Shown: piece after piece, positions 61,680-64,000 of the stretch
Layout: every line of letters begins with the position of its first letter
Numbering within the stretch: the first letter of the stretch is position 1
Origin: Terriglobia bacterium
Lineage (GTDB): Bacteria; Acidobacteriota; Terriglobia; 20CM-2-55-15
Length of the DNA stretch: 64,000 bases
Direction of reading: 5' to 3'
Assembly (NCBI GenBank): GCA_963664115.2
Contig: CAXWPJ010000002.1
Span: forward strand, 96,001-160,000
Made by a program: the position numbers and the translations under genes
Notes under the pieces: model-generated
What the model was told of the DNA's origin: nothing
The model's database searches: none
What the model saw: the letters and a program-made list of their open reading frames with translations, nothing else

Positions 61680-63064
61680 GAGTTATAACCGAATCTGGTG
61701 TTTGAGGGATTGAATAAGAGCGGCGTATCTGGTTGATTTGTTGTGACAAAACTTCAAAGCAACCATAGGAGATACGCCACTGTGAGCAAGAGTAACGTGA
61801 ATGGACCGGAAGGTCGAGAAACGATTGAGGATCCAGTAACAGAACTACTACGAGTTGGGGCACAGCAACTGATCCAACGCGCAGTGGAAGCCGAATTGGC
61901 AGAGCTGCTATCCCAGCACGGTGGCCGGCGAACTGAGACAGGAAACGCCGGGGTGGTACGCAACGGTTATCTGCCGGAACGCGAACTGCAGACGGGATTG
62001 GGTCCGGTAACAGTCCAAATCCCGAAGGTCCGTGCCAAGACGGGCGAAGCTGTGACGTTCCGATCGGCCCTGGTACCACCGTACATTCGGAAGACGAAGT
62101 CGCTGGAAGCAGCGGTGCCGTGGTTGTATTTGAAAGGCGTTTCCAGCGGCGAGATGGGTGAGGCCCTAAAAGTTCTTGTCGGTCCCCAGGCGCAGGGTCT
62201 GTCGGCGAGCACGGTATCGCGGTTGAAACAGGTTTGGGGCGAACAGTACCGCCTCGGATGCGAGGAGCGTTTGGATGCAGATCGCTGGGTCTATGTCTGG
62301 GCCGACGGCATCTACAGCGGACTTCGGGCGGAACAAACCAAGTTGTGTGCATTGGTCGTGATCGGCGTGAATGAACGCGGAGAGAAGCGTTTCCTGGCGA
62401 TCGAAGACGGTGTACGGGAATCGACACAGAGTTGGCGCGAGGTCTTGTTGAAGCTGAAGTCCCGTGGGATGAATGTTCCGAAGTTGGCCATCGGTGACGG
62501 TGCGATGGGGTTCTGGGCCGCACTGGAGGAAATCTATCCCGAGACACGTCAACAACGTTGCTGGATGCACAAAGTCATGAACGTCCTCAACTGCCTGCCC
62601 AAGTCGGTCCAGGCGAAGGCGAAACAGGCCCTGCACTCGATCTGGCAGGCCGAGACGAAGGCAGACGCCGAGAAGGCATTCGACTTGTTCATTGAAACCT
62701 ATGAACCGAAGTATCCGAAAGCCACACTCTGCCTGCAGAAAGACAGAGAGGAACTGCTGGCCTTTTACGACTTTCCGGCCAAGCACTGGCAGAGCATCAG
62801 AACGACGAATCCCATTGAGTCGACCTTTGCCACCATTCGACACCGAACGAAGCGATCCAGAGGTTGCCTGACACGGGATGGCATGCTGCACATGATGTTC
62901 AAACTGGGCCAGTGCGCTGAGAACAATTGGCGACGATTACGAGGATTCGATGATCTGAGCAAGGTAATCATCGGAGTGAAATTCAACGATGGTGTCGAAG
63001 CGACACAAGTCGATCAGGCCGCCGCTTGAATCAATCTCCTAAACACCACTTTTGACAATAACTC
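61680..63064 (+). mobile_element. IS256-family element, copy 4
   Basis: 9-bp TSD ATGATTAAC at 61671-61679 and 63065-63073. Confidence 0.95.
61782..63029 (+). CDS. IS256 transposase
   Basis: Protein identical to copy 1. Confidence 0.95.
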   Translation: MSKSNVNGPEGRETIEDPVTELLRVGAQQLIQRAVEAELAELLSQHGGRRTETGNAGVVRNGYLPERELQTGLGPVTVQIPKVRAKTGEAVTFRSALVPPYIRKTKSLEAAVPWLYLKGVSSGEMGEALKVLVGPQAQGLSASTVSRLKQVWGEQYRLGCEERLDADRWVYVWADGIYSGLRAEQTKLCALVVIGVNERGEKRFLAIEDGVRESTQSWREVLLKLKSRGMNVPKLAIGDGAMGFWAALEEIYPETRQQRCWMHKVMNVLNCLPKSVQAKAKQALHSIWQAETKADAEKAFDLFIETYEPKYPKATLCLQKDREELLAFYDFPAKHWQSIRTTNPIESTFATIRHRTKRSRGCLTRDGMLHMMFKLGQCAENNWRRLRGFDDLSKVIIGVKFNDGVEATQVDQAAA

Positions 63065-63169
63065 ATGATTAACCGTGGAATCCACCTTAAAATGGCTGCC
63101 AAGCTGTCCAACCGATGGGGTCCACTTCTCTTAGCAACTGCCGCAGTCATTCTTGGAACGTAAGCGCTG

Positions 63170-63682
63170 CTACGGACCCGTCGCGGGGGCCCCCGCGTGC
63201 AGGTAATAGCGAATCCTCTCGAAAACTTCGTCCTCCAGCTCTAGGATTTCGCGAATCTGTTGTTGTGAGGCCAACAGGCCGTTAGATTCGCGGTACGCGA
63301 GCAGCCGGGCGGCCTGCTCACGGGTAATTCCGGGGATCTCGACTAGTTCGTCCTCTGATGCCGCATTCACATCGACGAGTGGAGGCACCTCTGGGCCGAA
63401 CACGTCAGTCAGGTAAACGATAATCTCTTCGGCTTCGTCAAGGAAGATCGGAGCGCCTCGCCCGATCATGTCGTAAACCGTCGCTTCCCATCTTTCTCGC
63501 GGCTTTCGCTCCCGCACCGTGCGCTCGAGATTGTGGCAGCTCTGACCGCAATACTGGGCCGTGAGTTCCTGCCCCTGTCCCGGCGGCAGGTATTCTGTCC
63601 ACTCTTCTTCGCGTTCTTGGCCTAATAACACCAAAGTTACACACATGCACCCGACCAATCCCACCGCTAGCCACTTATACAC
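63170..63682 (-). CDS. Exported cytochrome c-like domain fused to ComEA-type helix-hairpin-helix
   Basis: LPPGQGQEL..CGQSCH..W...V..M..RGA, then VDVNAASEDELVEIPGI..A..L..YR..NG. Confidence 0.75.
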   Translation of the reverse strand: MYKWLAVGLVGCMCVTLVLLGQEREEEWTEYLPPGQGQELTAQYCGQSCHNLERTVRERKPRERWEATVYDMIGRGAPIFLDEAEEIIVYLTDVFGPEVPPLVDVNAASEDELVEIPGITREQAARLLAYRESNGLLASQQQIREILELEDEVFERIRYYLHAGAPATGP

Positions 63683-63765
63683 GTCCCTCCTCCCAATAAA
63701 TCCTCTCTCACCTGCCGCGGATGCTCAGTTCCTATCCCTGATGGCACAAGGCCAGTCAATCCGAG

Positions 63766-64000
63766 TTACACGAGTCTTGTCCGGGCTGCGGCAACCGAGT
63801 ACGCTGGGTACGAGCCCGCCTGTTCTGCACCGGAACCCGAGTTCTCGATACGGGCATCGATCAAGTACGGCCGCCCCTCACGCGTTGTTCTGATGGCCCG
63901 TGACATTGCCTCTCGAACTTGCTCGCGACTTTGCACCTGTTCGCCGCGGATGCCGAAGGCCTCGGCCACGCGAACGAAATCGACGTTCGGATCACCCAGG
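63766..64000 (-). CDS. Thiamine diphosphate-dependent enzyme, C-terminal part (runs off the window)
   Basis: DPNVDFVRVAEAFGIRG...GRPYLID is typical of the TPP C-terminal domain. Confidence 0.75.
   Translation of the reverse strand, partial: LGDPNVDFVRVAEAFGIRGEQVQSREQVREAMSRAIRTTREGRPYLIDARIENSGSGAEQAGSYPAYSVAAARTRLV

Larger units (their letters stand above)
61261..63130 (+). mobile_element. IS3-family remnant (integrase-core C-terminus and right end), interrupted by IS256
   Basis: WHSRKVLAWRLSNT, FNTDQGSQFTS and DNVFIERLWRSLKYE; right end TGTCCAACCGATGGGGTCCACTTC lies beyond the IS256. Confidence 0.85.

Overview
Bacterial chromosomal segment. The gene families (DUF1549/1553-DUF1501, lptF/G fusion, DUF6152, kinase remnants, IPT/YVTN surface protein) suggest Acidobacteriota; this is an inference. 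The window appears to contain the chromosomal dif site (12118-12145), and xerD lies 43 kb away. A ~2.0-kb integrase-less element is inserted at dif and ends at a second, XerD-arm-degenerate dif copy (15514-15541), so it is a candidate mini-IMEX. There has been a recent IS burst: 4 apparently identical IS256 copies, 3 near-identical IS1380 copies targeting CTAG, and an IS3 remnant, several of which disrupt genes. Housekeeping genes include moaA, dapE/B/A/D, cyaY, ccdA, thiD, lptFG, xerD and several peptidases. Features absent from the ORF track: a UGA-recoded Rdx/SelW selenoprotein with a SECIS hairpin, kinase 5'/3' stubs bracketing unrelated genes, a 23-bp-periodic motif array inverted around a HEAT-repeat gene, and two structured non-coding regions. 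No CRISPR, tRNA or rRNA was seen. All calls come from reading the sequence; no searches were run.
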